From: Thermoplasmata archaeon
GTDB taxonomy: Archaea > Thermoplasmatota > Thermoplasmata > Halarchaeoplasmatales > Halarchaeoplasmataceae
DNA length: 64,000 bases
NCBI GenBank assembly: GCA_003552585.1
Contig: PUNK01000010.1
Span: 43,909 to 107,908 of the forward strand
Direction of reading: 5' to 3'
Shown: positions 9,634 to 19,583 of the stretch, piece after piece
How the letters are laid out: each line of letters starts with the position of its first letter
Position numbering within the stretch: the first letter of the stretch is position 1
The notes under the pieces: generated by a model
Database searches by the model: none
Told to the model about the DNA's origin: nothing
Seen by the model: the letters and a program-made list of their open reading frames with translations, nothing else
Position numbers and translations under genes: made by a program

Positions 9634-11181
9634 ATGAAAATTAAGGAGTTACTCAGTAGGGATAATTCCGATGGTTACCCGATAATCCTAACCACAGATA
9701 GAACATTGGCCTCAGATTACAATGGTAGTGAATTTATTGGTTTTGGATCGACCTTCCCAAAAATAATTCCAACACCACTTTACACACCTCTCTTTTCACC
9801 TTCAGTATCTCATAATAAAGGAATCCTAAAATTCGCCCATTGTGGTACGAGAAAGATAGAAGCTTCGCTTCTAGAGAACGGTTTTTCAAAAGACGATGTC
9901 ATTGTGGCACATCCTGATCATCTCAGTAGGATGATAGGTCCAGAAACAAAGGTCCTTGGCATTACAACCCATGATCCCTTGGGCATCGGACCCGCATCTA
10001 GCACTTTTAGTTCCCTTGTAGGTGGAGAGCCATATAGTGCAGTATTTTTCAAAAGATTGACCTGTAATCCTCTACTAAGAAGACATGGAGTAAAAACAGT
10101 GGTTGGTGGCCCTGGGACCTGGCAACTCGATGATCCTCGAATTATGAAAAAATACAATATTGATACTATCGTTATTGGTGAAGGGGAGAAGGTAGCTCCA
10201 GAGATTTTTGAGAACATAGCAGAGGGAAAAGAACTTCCCAAAAGAGTAGATGGTGGTGTTGTGGATGTCAAAGATATGCCTATAATTAAAGGAGCTACCA
10301 TCAATGGCCTTGTAGAGATAAGTAGGGGATGCGGTAGAGGATGTGACTTTTGTATACCTACATTAAAGAAACTTAGGCATAGGCCTGTCGCTGACATTTT
10401 AGAGGAAGGTAAACTGAATCTGGAGTGGGGGAACCAGAGTATATTACTACATGCAGAGGATGCCCTTCGCTATGGTGCGAAGAAAATCGAACCGAAACCA
10501 GAGAAATTGATGAAATTGTTGAAGTCCATCGGAAGATACACTAAAAATATAGACTTCAGCCACGCAGCACTAGCCTCTATTGTATCAAAACCAGAGATGA
10601 TAAGAGAGATCACCCAATTCCTAAATATAGGGAGTAAAGAAAAGCCTTGGTTCTCCTGCCAAATCGGTATCGAAACAGGTTCTCCTAGATTAGCCTCAAA
10701 ACACCTAAGAGGAAAGGCTAAGCCCTTCGATGTTGATAATTGGCCTTCGATAGTGAAAGAAGCTTTTGGCGTAATGAAAGATAACCACTGGGTCCCGTGT
10801 ACTACCTTGATAATGGGATTACCAGGAGAGGATGCAGATGACGTTATGAAAACTATGGAACTATTAGATGAGCTTGAGGATCACAAATTTTTCGTAGTGC
10901 CTCTAATGTATGTGCCTCTAGGAGTTTCAAGGAACACTGACTTTTTTTCGATGGAAGATATGCTGGCGGAACACTGGCAGTTACTAGCTAAATGCATCGA
11001 AAAGGATTTGGATGTGGCTCCGGATTTGATTAAAGAGATGGCGAAGATAAATAACATAAGCAATGTGAGGAAATACAGCTATCTCCTACTCAAATGGATC
11101 ATGGAAAACAGGTTGGACACATATATCAAGATTATGAAGGAAGGTATCAATCCTCTTACAGTAAAATATGGTAAAAGATAA
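9634..11181 (+). CDS. Radical SAM protein with B12-binding-like N-terminal domain
   Basis: CxxxCxxC motif (RGCGRGCDFC), VVGGPG and IGEGE motifs, GIETGS; strong SD AGGAGGT upstream. Confidence 0.85.
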   Translation: MKIKELLSRDNSDGYPIILTTDRTLASDYNGSEFIGFGSTFPKIIPTPLYTPLFSPSVSHNKGILKFAHCGTRKIEASLLENGFSKDDVIVAHPDHLSRMIGPETKVLGITTHDPLGIGPASSTFSSLVGGEPYSAVFFKRLTCNPLLRRHGVKTVVGGPGTWQLDDPRIMKKYNIDTIVIGEGEKVAPEIFENIAEGKELPKRVDGGVVDVKDMPIIKGATINGLVEISRGCGRGCDFCIPTLKKLRHRPVADILEEGKLNLEWGNQSILLHAEDALRYGAKKIEPKPEKLMKLLKSIGRYTKNIDFSHAALASIVSKPEMIREITQFLNIGSKEKPWFSCQIGIETGSPRLASKHLRGKAKPFDVDNWPSIVKEAFGVMKDNHWVPCTTLIMGLPGEDADDVMKTMELLDELEDHKFFVVPLMYVPLGVSRNTDFFSMEDMLAEHWQLLAKCIEKDLDVAPDLIKEMAKINNISNVRKYSYLLLKWIMENRLDTYIKIMKEGINPLTVKYGKR

Positions 11182-11186
11182 TAGGA

Positions 11187-11735
11187 TTATATTATGACAT
11201 CATAATACTTCGTTAAGCAATCTTTATGGATCTCGAAATCCTCTTTACTGTAAAGTACGAATCGAACCAATGATGGCGCTTGGTGTTTTTCTAAATACTT
11301 CGACACCTCATCAAGAGCCACTTTTGCAGCCTCCTCCACAGGATACCCAAAAGCTCCTGTGCTTATTGCGGGGAATGCTATGCTTCTTATTCCATTTTCA
11401 ACAGCCAAATTCAAGCTGTTATTATAACAAAGTCTGAGCGTCCTCTCTTCTTGAGGAGTAGAACCATATATCGGACCAACTGTATGTACGACATATTTAT
11501 TCGGAAGCCGATGTCCAGATGTGATCTTTGCCTCACCGGTCTGACACCCACCTAGTTCTTTACACTCTTCCCACAAACCAGGACCTGCTGCACGGTGTAT
11601 CGCTCCAGCCACACCTCCACCTGGTGCTAGCCTTTTGTTTGCAGCATTTACTACTGCATCGGTGTCCTGATTTACAATATCACCCTGAGTCACTTCTAAA
11701 AGTGCTTTCCCTATCCTTTTCACAATCTTCGACAT
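11187..11735 (-). CDS. Macrodomain protein (O-acetyl-ADP-ribose deacetylase / ADP-ribosylhydrolase, YmdB-like)
   Basis: GDI, AVVNAAN, GGGVAGAIH, HTVGP and AFPAISTGAFGYP motifs. Start moved to ATG at 11735. Confidence 0.92.
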   Translation of the reverse strand: MSKIVKRIGKALLEVTQGDIVNQDTDAVVNAANKRLAPGGGVAGAIHRAAGPGLWEECKELGGCQTGEAKITSGHRLPNKYVVHTVGPIYGSTPQEERTLRLCYNNSLNLAVENGIRSIAFPAISTGAFGYPVEEAAKVALDEVSKYLEKHQAPSLVRFVLYSKEDFEIHKDCLTKYYDVII

Positions 11736-11805
11736 GATTATCGCAATAGTAAAGGAAAATAAAAAAATAAAAAGGTATTGGGAAAGGGTTTTGTTTTCCC
11801 TGTGT

Positions 11806-14800
11806 TTAGAAGTCTTCCTCTTCTTCGAAGGGGTCCTCTTCAACCTCGAACTCGTCTTCTCCGAAGTCTTCTTCTATTCGCTCTTCTCCAGCTTTACTTT
11901 TCACAGCGTATATGGCGATTATGATCGCTAATATAGCTAGTATAAGTGCTATGATGCCTATGTTCCAAGCCATGCTGATATCATCGTCCTGTGCAGCATC
12001 TATCTCCTCTTGCTCTTCTATGAATTCGTCTAAGTCTGCCTGTAACGCTGCTAAATCGGATTGTAGAGTAGCTATATCTGTCTCTGCTTCTGCCATTGCT
12101 GCCTCAAGATTGGAAATGTCTTCCTCGGCAGCTTCTAGGTCAATTTCTATACCTTCTATGTCTGCCTGCATATCTTCCAATAGTTCGTTCATATCGGCTA
12201 TTTCGTCCCGGATCTCAGTGATATCATCTTCGACGGCGGCAATGTCGGACTGTAAAGTGTTGACTTGACCCTGTAGATCACCTACCGCAGAATCTAGGGC
12301 ATCGATGTCTTCTTGAATCACTCCAATTGTAGTGTGGATATCTTCTATTTCCGACCATAGATCATTCACATGTTCCCACAGTTCTTGTAGTTCAGGTAGG
12401 TAAAGAGCATATACTGTCGTTTCTGCATTGTTCCCAGCCTCGTCCTCTGCAACTATTCGGAAGGTGTTGAGTCCATCGAGTAAAATTGTCTCATATGAGA
12501 AGTGACCTTCTTCGTCAACTTCTACCTCTTCTTCATTGATCCATACCTGCACATCTGGCTCAGTCGTTCCTTCTATTGTGAAATCTTCGTCGTAAGTCAA
12601 TTCTTCAACACCATTCGTTGGTGTTGTTATATCTAACAATGGTGGGCTGTTGTCCACTTCGAAATTCACGTTTATGGTGTCGTAGTTTCCTTCGGTGTCC
12701 TCAACATAGACCTCGTAGCTGTGCATGCCTTCGCTAAGTACGAAAGGTATCTCAAGCCATGCATATCCACCATCTATCTCAGCCTCTTGTACATCGAACC
12801 AGTCTTCCAATATAGATATTTCAACGTATTCAAATTCGTCCACAGGATGGTCCTCATCCAGCTCAGCAGATATCACTAGAGAATCACCTTGGACGATATC
12901 TCCTTCATCCGGATAGAGATGCACTGCAGGCGGTATCATGTTTGGCGTAAAGGTAAGTATGTCGCCGGTTTCCTCTGAATCGCCTTCCCATTCGATCACT
13001 GCTTTGAATTCGTACGGTGTATCTGGTTCCAAATCATCGAGTGTCTCTTCAAATGATCCCGTTTCATTCATCGGTTGTGGCTCAGTTTCGTCCCATTCTG
13101 TTTCTCCTTCGATCCTATATCGGAAATATGCATCAACGGTTTCATTAGGTAGACCTAGTACCTCTCCATGCAAGGTAGCTTTATCTTCGGTAATTACCAA
13201 TGCATCATTTGTTCTTACATTCACTACTTTCAATTCACCTGAGAACTCTTGGTAAGGCTCATGACCTGAAATCCGGTGACTCTGTACAGCTATCATGTAA
13301 GTTCCTGCTTCCAATGCATCCTGTGAAACGAAGGCAACATAGTCACCTTCATCTATATCGGTGGATTCGATCGTTTCTAATGTGTTGACACCGTACCTTC
13401 CAGGCATCATCATGCTGAATGGGTCCTCGGGCATACCTAGTCCCAACATATCATGATATGCTTCTCCTAAAAGGAAAGCAGACATGTCACTTCTTTCGTC
13501 ATCAAAGTCCAATGTTAGTTTGACCTCGTGTTCTGTATCCTGCTCTAAGTGGAACGTATAGAATCTCCAGTCACCGGTGAGTCCGCCTCCCCAGCTGCCA
13601 TACAATCTATCGTTCCTGTATATGCCAAAGTCTTCATCTGCATCTCCATCTCCAGATGCAAAATATAGTGGTTCCGATAGATCAGTGTATTCCCCTACAG
13701 TAATTGTTATAGGTACAGGCATTGTTCTATCATTGGTTGAGTCATCTATCATCAGTTTGCCACCATAGATTCCTTTTGGTGTATCTTCAGGCACCTCTGC
13801 AGTCATCTCGTATTCTAACGTTTCTCCTGCACCTACTGTTCCTGATGGTTGATCAATGTCAATCCAATCCCATTCAACCATGTTGTATTGCTCTATGTTT
13901 AGTGTGAACTCAAATGGAGTGACCCAAGGATCTCCAACTCCGTAAAGATCGTTATTCATCTGAACTATTATACCATCATCAGCTCTTTCCAAAGCATCAT
14001 GGATAGTAAAGTAATCACTTGTGGGAACTTCAAAGTCGAACAATTCTAAGATCCTTACATTCGCTTCTGTGAAACCGATCCTTGTCCTCTCTTCGAAACC
14101 ATCGAATGATCCGTTCTCGTTTACATCTTTCCAATTGTAAAATTCAGCCAAGCTGTAATCATACATCTCTTGATTCTCGTAAGGCGTGTGAGTTCCAAAT
14201 CTGAACAGATCCGCGTGTGGATCATCTAACTCGGCTATCGGCTCTTCACTCAAGTCCCAGTTATCATTTGTTTCGTTGTATATCAACTCATAAACCCCTG
14301 TTTCATTGATCGCTAGTAAAGGTACCCTTCCAGAAGGACCGCTATCGAGTGTAATTTGAGTCGAACCCACGAGTTCTTCTCTGTATACAGTCATATCATA
14401 ATCTACTGCATCTTCATCGTTCCAATTATGTAAGGTTAATTCATCGGTGAATGATTCCCCAGGCTCCATGATATTCACATGGTGCTCTATATGTTCTCCC
14501 ATATCTGGATTCGTGCCAGGTCTCCATTGGAATTCCTCGGAATAAAGACCGGTTCCCTGTGCCAATAGGACCGAATTCAATGCATTTGCATCTCCTGGCC
14601 CCTGTAGGAATGGTGTGTTTTCCATGTCATTGGCACCCTGCATGATCAGATTCTTCAGTGTTTCTGCAGTGGGTGCTTCACCGTGCGCCTCTACATAGGC
14701 TTGATAGACAAGAGCAGCTATACCTGCTGCGTTCGGTGCGGACAAACTCGTTCCAGACCAAAGAGTCCATGAGTTATTACCCTGGAAGTAGCCCTGTTCT

Positions 14801-16677
14801 GCCTTTTGGTTAACAGGATCTGCGCCATATCCGAATTGACCATTGGTCATTATGTCCGGTCCATGGGAGCCTATAGAATGTGGGCCAGTGCTAGTCATCC
14901 CAGTTACTTCACCGTACCAGGCGTTGGGACCCCCATCAAACATATTCCACGGATCGATCCTATATACTTGATTGCTGGACGCGCCTACCGAAAGAACTCC
15001 TTCTGCTCCGGAAGGTGCGCTCACGGTACCGAATCCGCTTCCTTCATTGCCTTGTGAATTTATGAATAGTGTATTCTGGGTGTGCTGTGTGCCAACGTAA
15101 TCGAACATCCTTTCATAGAAGTTGAAACCACCGTGGTTTTCATCTATTGTCCTTCCAAAACTGCTTGATGCTATCGCAGCAGTATCTGAAGTTATATCTA
15201 CATCACCAGTATAACCCTCAGTAGTAAAGAATATAGATGCATAAGTGACAGGAACCGCCCATTCAAATACACCTAAAGGATTATCAGCAGGCAGATAATC
15301 AAAGAATCTACCCATGGGTATTATGGTAGCATTCGGAGACAATCCCCTTGGAAGACCGCTCCCACCTTCTGGATCTGGTGGATAAGGGGTGGTCACATTT
15401 TCTTCCACTATCATATCTTGTGGTACACCTGTAACAGCCTGTCCAACAACTGCAGAAGCAGTCCATGTTCCATGGGCACCATAAGCCCCGAAGTCATTGA
15501 AATCACCCATGAGAGCGATCATGTCACCGGATTCTGGAGTTGTGTAGAATTCATCCTGACCTGTTATCAACTCCCAACCATCCATGCCGAACATCGCCTC
15601 GATGGTCCCCGGTTCATATCCGAGATACAGATCAATTAGAGTGTTCAAAGTTCCTCTAAGTTGTTCTGCATATGGTATAGGCATAGGCTCTCCGTCGTAC
15701 TCTCTAGCTACAAAGTATACCATACCTCCCGAGATATCAGCTATACCGTCGCCCGTAATGTCTCTAGTGATGACCTCAGATTCAGGGTCGTCACCATCAA
15801 TATATGCCGCTTTCTCGTCAGCAAAACTTCTATCATTTGTGAGGTCGACGTATACGTGTGCCCAATGACCCTCATCGTCCTGCGTGAGTAAAACTGCTGG
15901 TCTTTCACCATAATACCAAGTGAGTTTATCATCCGGGTGAAGCCCGAATCTCACTGCGTCACCTTCTTCAACACCATCGGGCATCTCATATGTCCGATCA
16001 ACTTCTTTCAGGGTGAAGTTGGCCCATATAGTATCGTTTTCCTCGAAGGTGGTCGTTTCGTAACTGGTATTCACATACCAGCTATTATCTTCAAATCCAG
16101 GCACCAGTTCGTAGTCCTGACTGATCTCACCGTCGTATGCATAATCTACCATGGAAACCGGGTCGAAGGCTATCGGATATCCATCGTACATCTCCATCTC
16201 TGGATCCATGGTATCCGGATCGTACTCGAACACCGCATGTGTCCCTATAAGATCGGGGTGGGCCATGTCAAACCCAGTGTCCATCAAAGAAACAACGACG
16301 TCATCACCGAATATACCCATGTCGTGTACCGCTTCGACGCTGTGCTGGTCTATGGTGTGTGGATCTGTCATGAGTTCATTCGAACTCGATAGTGTTTCAC
16401 CCGTTAAATCTGAGCCAGACAGTATCTGTGTCAACTCAGGATCCAGCACGTCCGGTCTATCGAAAAGGTAAGGAAAATCCTCAGGGGTATATTCCCTTTC
16501 ACCGAACAGATCAGTCGGGTCAAAATCGATCTCTTTCTCGGCCTCTACATCATCAATATTCCCTAGGGTGTCTGTCCTCTCTGCCGTAACGAGAGAAAAC
16601 CCCGCAGCAAATACCGAGACTACCAGTAGAAAGGCCACTGTTACACTCAATATCTTTTTCATGCTTTTTTTAGTCAT
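11806..16677 (-). CDS. Membrane-anchored S8 protease (pyrolysin-like) with Fn3/Ig domains, coiled-coil stalk, C-terminal TM helix and acidic tail
   Basis: Signal peptide; DTG, HGT, SQGN and GTSLSAP motifs; large insert between catalytic Asp and His; heptad stalk near the C-terminus; TM IGIIALILAILAIIIAIYAV; SD GGAGGT. Confidence 0.9.
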   Translation of the reverse strand: MTKKSMKKILSVTVAFLLVVSVFAAGFSLVTAERTDTLGNIDDVEAEKEIDFDPTDLFGEREYTPEDFPYLFDRPDVLDPELTQILSGSDLTGETLSSSNELMTDPHTIDQHSVEAVHDMGIFGDDVVVSLMDTGFDMAHPDLIGTHAVFEYDPDTMDPEMEMYDGYPIAFDPVSMVDYAYDGEISQDYELVPGFEDNSWYVNTSYETTTFEENDTIWANFTLKEVDRTYEMPDGVEEGDAVRFGLHPDDKLTWYYGERPAVLLTQDDEGHWAHVYVDLTNDRSFADEKAAYIDGDDPESEVITRDITGDGIADISGGMVYFVAREYDGEPMPIPYAEQLRGTLNTLIDLYLGYEPGTIEAMFGMDGWELITGQDEFYTTPESGDMIALMGDFNDFGAYGAHGTWTASAVVGQAVTGVPQDMIVEENVTTPYPPDPEGGSGLPRGLSPNATIIPMGRFFDYLPADNPLGVFEWAVPVTYASIFFTTEGYTGDVDITSDTAAIASSSFGRTIDENHGGFNFYERMFDYVGTQHTQNTLFINSQGNEGSGFGTVSAPSGAEGVLSVGASSNQVYRIDPWNMFDGGPNAWYGEVTGMTSTGPHSIGSHGPDIMTNGQFGYGADPVNQKAEQGYFQGNNSWTLWSGTSLSAPNAAGIAALVYQAYVEAHGEAPTAETLKNLIMQGANDMENTPFLQGPGDANALNSVLLAQGTGLYSEEFQWRPGTNPDMGEHIEHHVNIMEPGESFTDELTLHNWNDEDAVDYDMTVYREELVGSTQITLDSGPSGRVPLLAINETGVYELIYNETNDNWDLSEEPIAELDDPHADLFRFGTHTPYENQEMYDYSLAEFYNWKDVNENGSFDGFEERTRIGFTEANVRILELFDFEVPTSDYFTIHDALERADDGIIVQMNNDLYGVGDPWVTPFEFTLNIEQYNMVEWDWIDIDQPSGTVGAGETLEYEMTAEVPEDTPKGIYGGKLMIDDSTNDRTMPVPITITVGEYTDLSEPLYFASGDGDADEDFGIYRNDRLYGSWGGGLTGDWRFYTFHLEQDTEHEVKLTLDFDDERSDMSAFLLGEAYHDMLGLGMPEDPFSMMMPGRYGVNTLETIESTDIDEGDYVAFVSQDALEAGTYMIAVQSHRISGHEPYQEFSGELKVVNVRTNDALVITEDKATLHGEVLGLPNETVDAYFRYRIEGETEWDETEPQPMNETGSFEETLDDLEPDTPYEFKAVIEWEGDSEETGDILTFTPNMIPPAVHLYPDEGDIVQGDSLVISAELDEDHPVDEFEYVEISILEDWFDVQEAEIDGGYAWLEIPFVLSEGMHSYEVYVEDTEGNYDTINVNFEVDNSPPLLDITTPTNGVEELTYDEDFTIEGTTEPDVQVWINEEEVEVDEEGHFSYETILLDGLNTFRIVAEDEAGNNAETTVYALYLPELQELWEHVNDLWSEIEDIHTTIGVIQEDIDALDSAVGDLQGQVNTLQSDIAAVEDDITEIRDEIADMNELLEDMQADIEGIEIDLEAAEEDISNLEAAMAEAETDIATLQSDLAALQADLDEFIEEQEEIDAAQDDDISMAWNIGIIALILAILAIIIAIYAVKSKAGEERIEEDFGEDEFEVEEDPFEEEEDF

Positions 16678-16695
16678 CTAATACCTCCATCTATC

Positions 16696-16721
16696 GGATC
16701 AATCCCTTTAGGGATTGGTCC
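16696..16721. promoter_or_regulatory. Inverted repeat in the 5' region of the pyrolysin-like gene
   Basis: GGATCAATCCC-TTTA-GGGATTGGTCC, an 11-bp stem with one imperfect pair, just upstream of the SD. Confidence 0.4.
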
Positions 16722-16821
16722 TTCTCACGGATTAATGTGGTAAAAGGTAGTATCGAGTCATACTACTTAATATTTTTGAATTTTTCTTTTTCACTAGAAG
16801 TATAAAGCCAATGGCCGTTCA

Positions 16822-17052
16822 CTATTCAAAAACTTCCAATATCTCTTCTCCGTTCTTCTCCATTATCTTTTTTATTTCTCCCTCTGCTTCTTCGAGCTTT
16901 TTCGAACAGTAGTCTATCAGTTCCATCCCCCTTTCATAAAGTTGTATCGTTTCTTCGAGTGAAACGCGGTTCCTCTCCAACTTATCGTTAATCTCTTCTA
17001 ATTCTTGTAATGATTCCTCAAATGTCATTTCTTCTATCCTTTTCTTTTCCAT
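16822..17052 (-). CDS. xseB: Exodeoxyribonuclease VII small subunit
   Basis: TFEESLQELEEI..LE...SLEETIQLYERGMEL..C.KKLEEAE signature; overlaps the xseA stop. Confidence 0.93.
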   Translation of the reverse strand: MEKKRIEEMTFEESLQELEEINDKLERNRVSLEETIQLYERGMELIDYCSKKLEEAEGEIKKIMEKNGEEILEVFE

Positions 17053-18278
17053 TATTTCACCTCTTTTATTTTAGCTTTAAACTCACCATCCTTCATCCTG
17101 ACTCGAACCAAATCTCCCGATTTGATGTCTTCTACACTTACGATAACTCCGTCGTCTTTATCCAACACTATGGAATAACCTCGTTCCATTATCGAATCAG
17201 GTCCAAGAGCCCGTAAGCGCTTCTTTTGATTTTCAAAACTGTTGTTAAAGTCATCTAACAAGCTCCTAACATTTTTGTGCAACCGTGATTGTTCGTAATC
17301 TAGCTGCTGTACCAGATCCTCGAGGAATATTTCTGGCCATCGAAAGGCAGGACATTCTACAACCCTCTCTAATCGAGAGCGAAGTTCTATCACTAGCCTC
17401 TGAAGAGAACTTAAGGCCCTCCTCTTTTCAACTTTCAACCGTTCCAGTAGTTCCGATTTGTCAGGCACCACCATCTCACCGGCTGCCGTTGGGGTGGGTG
17501 CTCGCATATCAGCCACAAAATCCGATATGAGAAAATCTGTCTCATGTCCCACCGCTGAGACTATCGGTGTTTCAGCCTCGAACATCGCCCGGGCGACCTC
17601 TTCCTCGTTAAAATTCCAAAGGTCTTCGATGGATCCCCCGCCTCTACTCACTATGATCACATCCGCATCTGAACAGTCGAGAACTTTTATAGCCTGCACT
17701 ATCTCTTTTGCCGCTCCTTCGCCCTGTACCAAGGTAGGGGCTATCAACACATCCATGTTCGGAAACCTGCTTTTGATAGTGGTGAGTATGTCCCTAAGTG
17801 CAGCGCCATCTATAGAAGTCGCAACTCCGACCTTTCTAGGGATCAGTGGTATCGGTTTCTTGTATTGGTCAGAAAATAAACCTTCTTCTTTTAGTTTCTT
17901 TTTCAGCTGTTCATAGGCAAGATATAGTTTACCGATGCCTTTTGGGATCATTTCTCGTACAACAAGTTGATACTGCCCTCTTGAGGAATAGATGCCCATA
18001 TTGCCCCTGCACATCACTTCCATCCCTTCCTCCGGTTCAAATTCTAGGTGCATGTTCGCACCCTGAAACATCACACAGGATAGTTCACTGTGTTCGTCTT
18101 TCAAAGAAAAGTACATGTGCATGCTTTGGTACTGCCTGAACCCTGTTATCTCCCCACGCACCCAGATATCGTTCAAAATGGGATCCTTTTTCAGCAGGGA
18201 GTCCACATACTGGTTTACCTGGGTAACGGTATATATGTCCCGGTCCTGAAGTTTTTCCTCGAGCACTTTCGTCTTCAT
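17052..18278 (-). CDS. xseA: Exodeoxyribonuclease VII large subunit
   Basis: OB-fold HMYFSLKD, RGGGSIEDLWNFNEE, SAVGHETD, RAPTPTAA. Confidence 0.96.
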   Translation of the reverse strand: MKTKVLEEKLQDRDIYTVTQVNQYVDSLLKKDPILNDIWVRGEITGFRQYQSMHMYFSLKDEHSELSCVMFQGANMHLEFEPEEGMEVMCRGNMGIYSSRGQYQLVVREMIPKGIGKLYLAYEQLKKKLKEEGLFSDQYKKPIPLIPRKVGVATSIDGAALRDILTTIKSRFPNMDVLIAPTLVQGEGAAKEIVQAIKVLDCSDADVIIVSRGGGSIEDLWNFNEEEVARAMFEAETPIVSAVGHETDFLISDFVADMRAPTPTAAGEMVVPDKSELLERLKVEKRRALSSLQRLVIELRSRLERVVECPAFRWPEIFLEDLVQQLDYEQSRLHKNVRSLLDDFNNSFENQKKRLRALGPDSIMERGYSIVLDKDDGVIVSVEDIKSGDLVRVRMKDGEFKAKIKEVK

Positions 18279-18385
18279 CCTCTATTTTGTTATAAGAAGG
18301 GAGGTATATAAGAATACAGTGAGGAGGGGGCAATAACTTGCGAAAGTATGAAAAGAGATATACAACTATACACTCATGATACATC

Positions 18386-18910
18386 ATGCCGTGCACGACT
18401 GCCCTAACAGGTACACCTGGTGTGGGAAAAACGACCGTGGGTGATTTACTAAAAAGGGAAGGTTATCGAGTACTGGACCTCAACAAATTCATATCGGAAA
18501 AGGGTCTGAGAGATAGTAAAGACTCCAACAGAAATACCTACGAAGTCGATGTGAATAAGCTTTCCAAGGAATATAAATCAATAGCCTCTCATTATGACAT
18601 CATTGAAGGACATTTTTCCTATCTCCTTGACTTAGATAATGCCATAGTTCTGAGATGTAGACCAGATATTCTCCGTCAAAGGATGATATCAAAAAAATGG
18701 AAAGAAAAAAAGGTGGAAGAGAACATCCAATCTGAAATACTTGACGTCATACTCATCGAAGCTCTGAACCATTGCGATGACGTGTTCGAGATAGACACTA
18801 CTGATCTTAAACCTCAACAAGTTTGTGAAGAAGTTAAACGGGTTTTGAACAGAGAAAGGCTCTGGAAATATCGCCCGGGGAACATAGATTGGACAAATCA
18901 TCTAGATTAA
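18386..18910 (+). CDS. Atypical adenylate kinase AK6/Fap7 family
   Basis: TGTPGVGKT, IIEGH, VLRC.P..L..R, KV.EN..SEIL motifs. Confidence 0.9.
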   Translation: MPCTTALTGTPGVGKTTVGDLLKREGYRVLDLNKFISEKGLRDSKDSNRNTYEVDVNKLSKEYKSIASHYDIIEGHFSYLLDLDNAIVLRCRPDILRQRMISKKWKEKKVEENIQSEILDVILIEALNHCDDVFEIDTTDLKPQQVCEEVKRVLNRERLWKYRPGNIDWTNHLD

Positions 18911-18956
18911 GATCGACGGATAAAACAGATATAAGGGGAATATGTTAGGGGTACAG

Positions 18957-19583
18957 ATGGTACTCAACAATTACAGAGAAACAGGGGATATCCTACTGCT
19001 GCCAATCGCCAGGAAGATGAAAAATGTTTCTCCCGACACCCTATCGTGGGTGGCTTTTGCGTCCGCAGTATCAGCCGGCGTATTATTTTTTTTCAGCGAT
19101 AGACCATCTATTGTTCTGATGGCGGTCTTGATGATTTTTATGAACGCATTGTTCGATGCTCTAGATGGCAAGGTTGCTAAGTTAACGGGAAAGGATTCTC
19201 TTAGAGGTGATTTCCTGGACCACTCTCTCGACAGATACGCGGATATCTTTATCATCGGCGGTATTGCATTAGGACCACTCAGCCGATTATCGATAGGATT
19301 TTTAGCAATACTTGGAATCCTGATGACCAGTTATATGGGTACCCAAGCCCAAGCGGTGGGGGTCGAGAGGGATTACGGAGGGATGGCTGGAAGGGCTGAT
19401 AGACTGGTCCTTCTAATAATCATACCGTTATTACATGCCATAGCGATGTGGGTCAATAAAAGTGAATTCATAATATTTGGCTTAAACCTCAATATAATGG
19501 AGGTCCTGATGATATGGTTCGCGATCGCAGGACATATGACAGCATTGCATAGGGGAATGATGACCTGGAAAAAACTTTCATGA
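18957..19583 (+). CDS. CDP-alcohol phosphatidyltransferase (archaetidyl-head-group synthase)
   Basis: DALDGKVAK...RGDFLDHSLDRYAD signature; multiple TM helices. Confidence 0.92.
   Translation: MVLNNYRETGDILLLPIARKMKNVSPDTLSWVAFASAVSAGVLFFFSDRPSIVLMAVLMIFMNALFDALDGKVAKLTGKDSLRGDFLDHSLDRYADIFIIGGIALGPLSRLSIGFLAILGILMTSYMGTQAQAVGVERDYGGMAGRADRLVLLIIIPLLHAIAMWVNKSEFIIFGLNLNIMEVLMIWFAIAGHMTALHRGMMTWKKLS

Noticed and set aside
6328-11735. STAND-TPR, radical SAM and macrodomain genes as an antiviral defence island
   Set aside because: The STAND protein has an HTH rather than a nuclease, TIR or SIR2 effector. The radical SAM protein is not viperin-like. The macrodomain is a convergently transcribed housekeeping type.
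11736-11843. Hydrophobic N-terminal extension suggesting a membrane-anchored macrodomain
   Set aside because: It overlaps the upstream protease's 3' end and its T-rich terminator; ATG 11735 gives a normal-length macrodomain.
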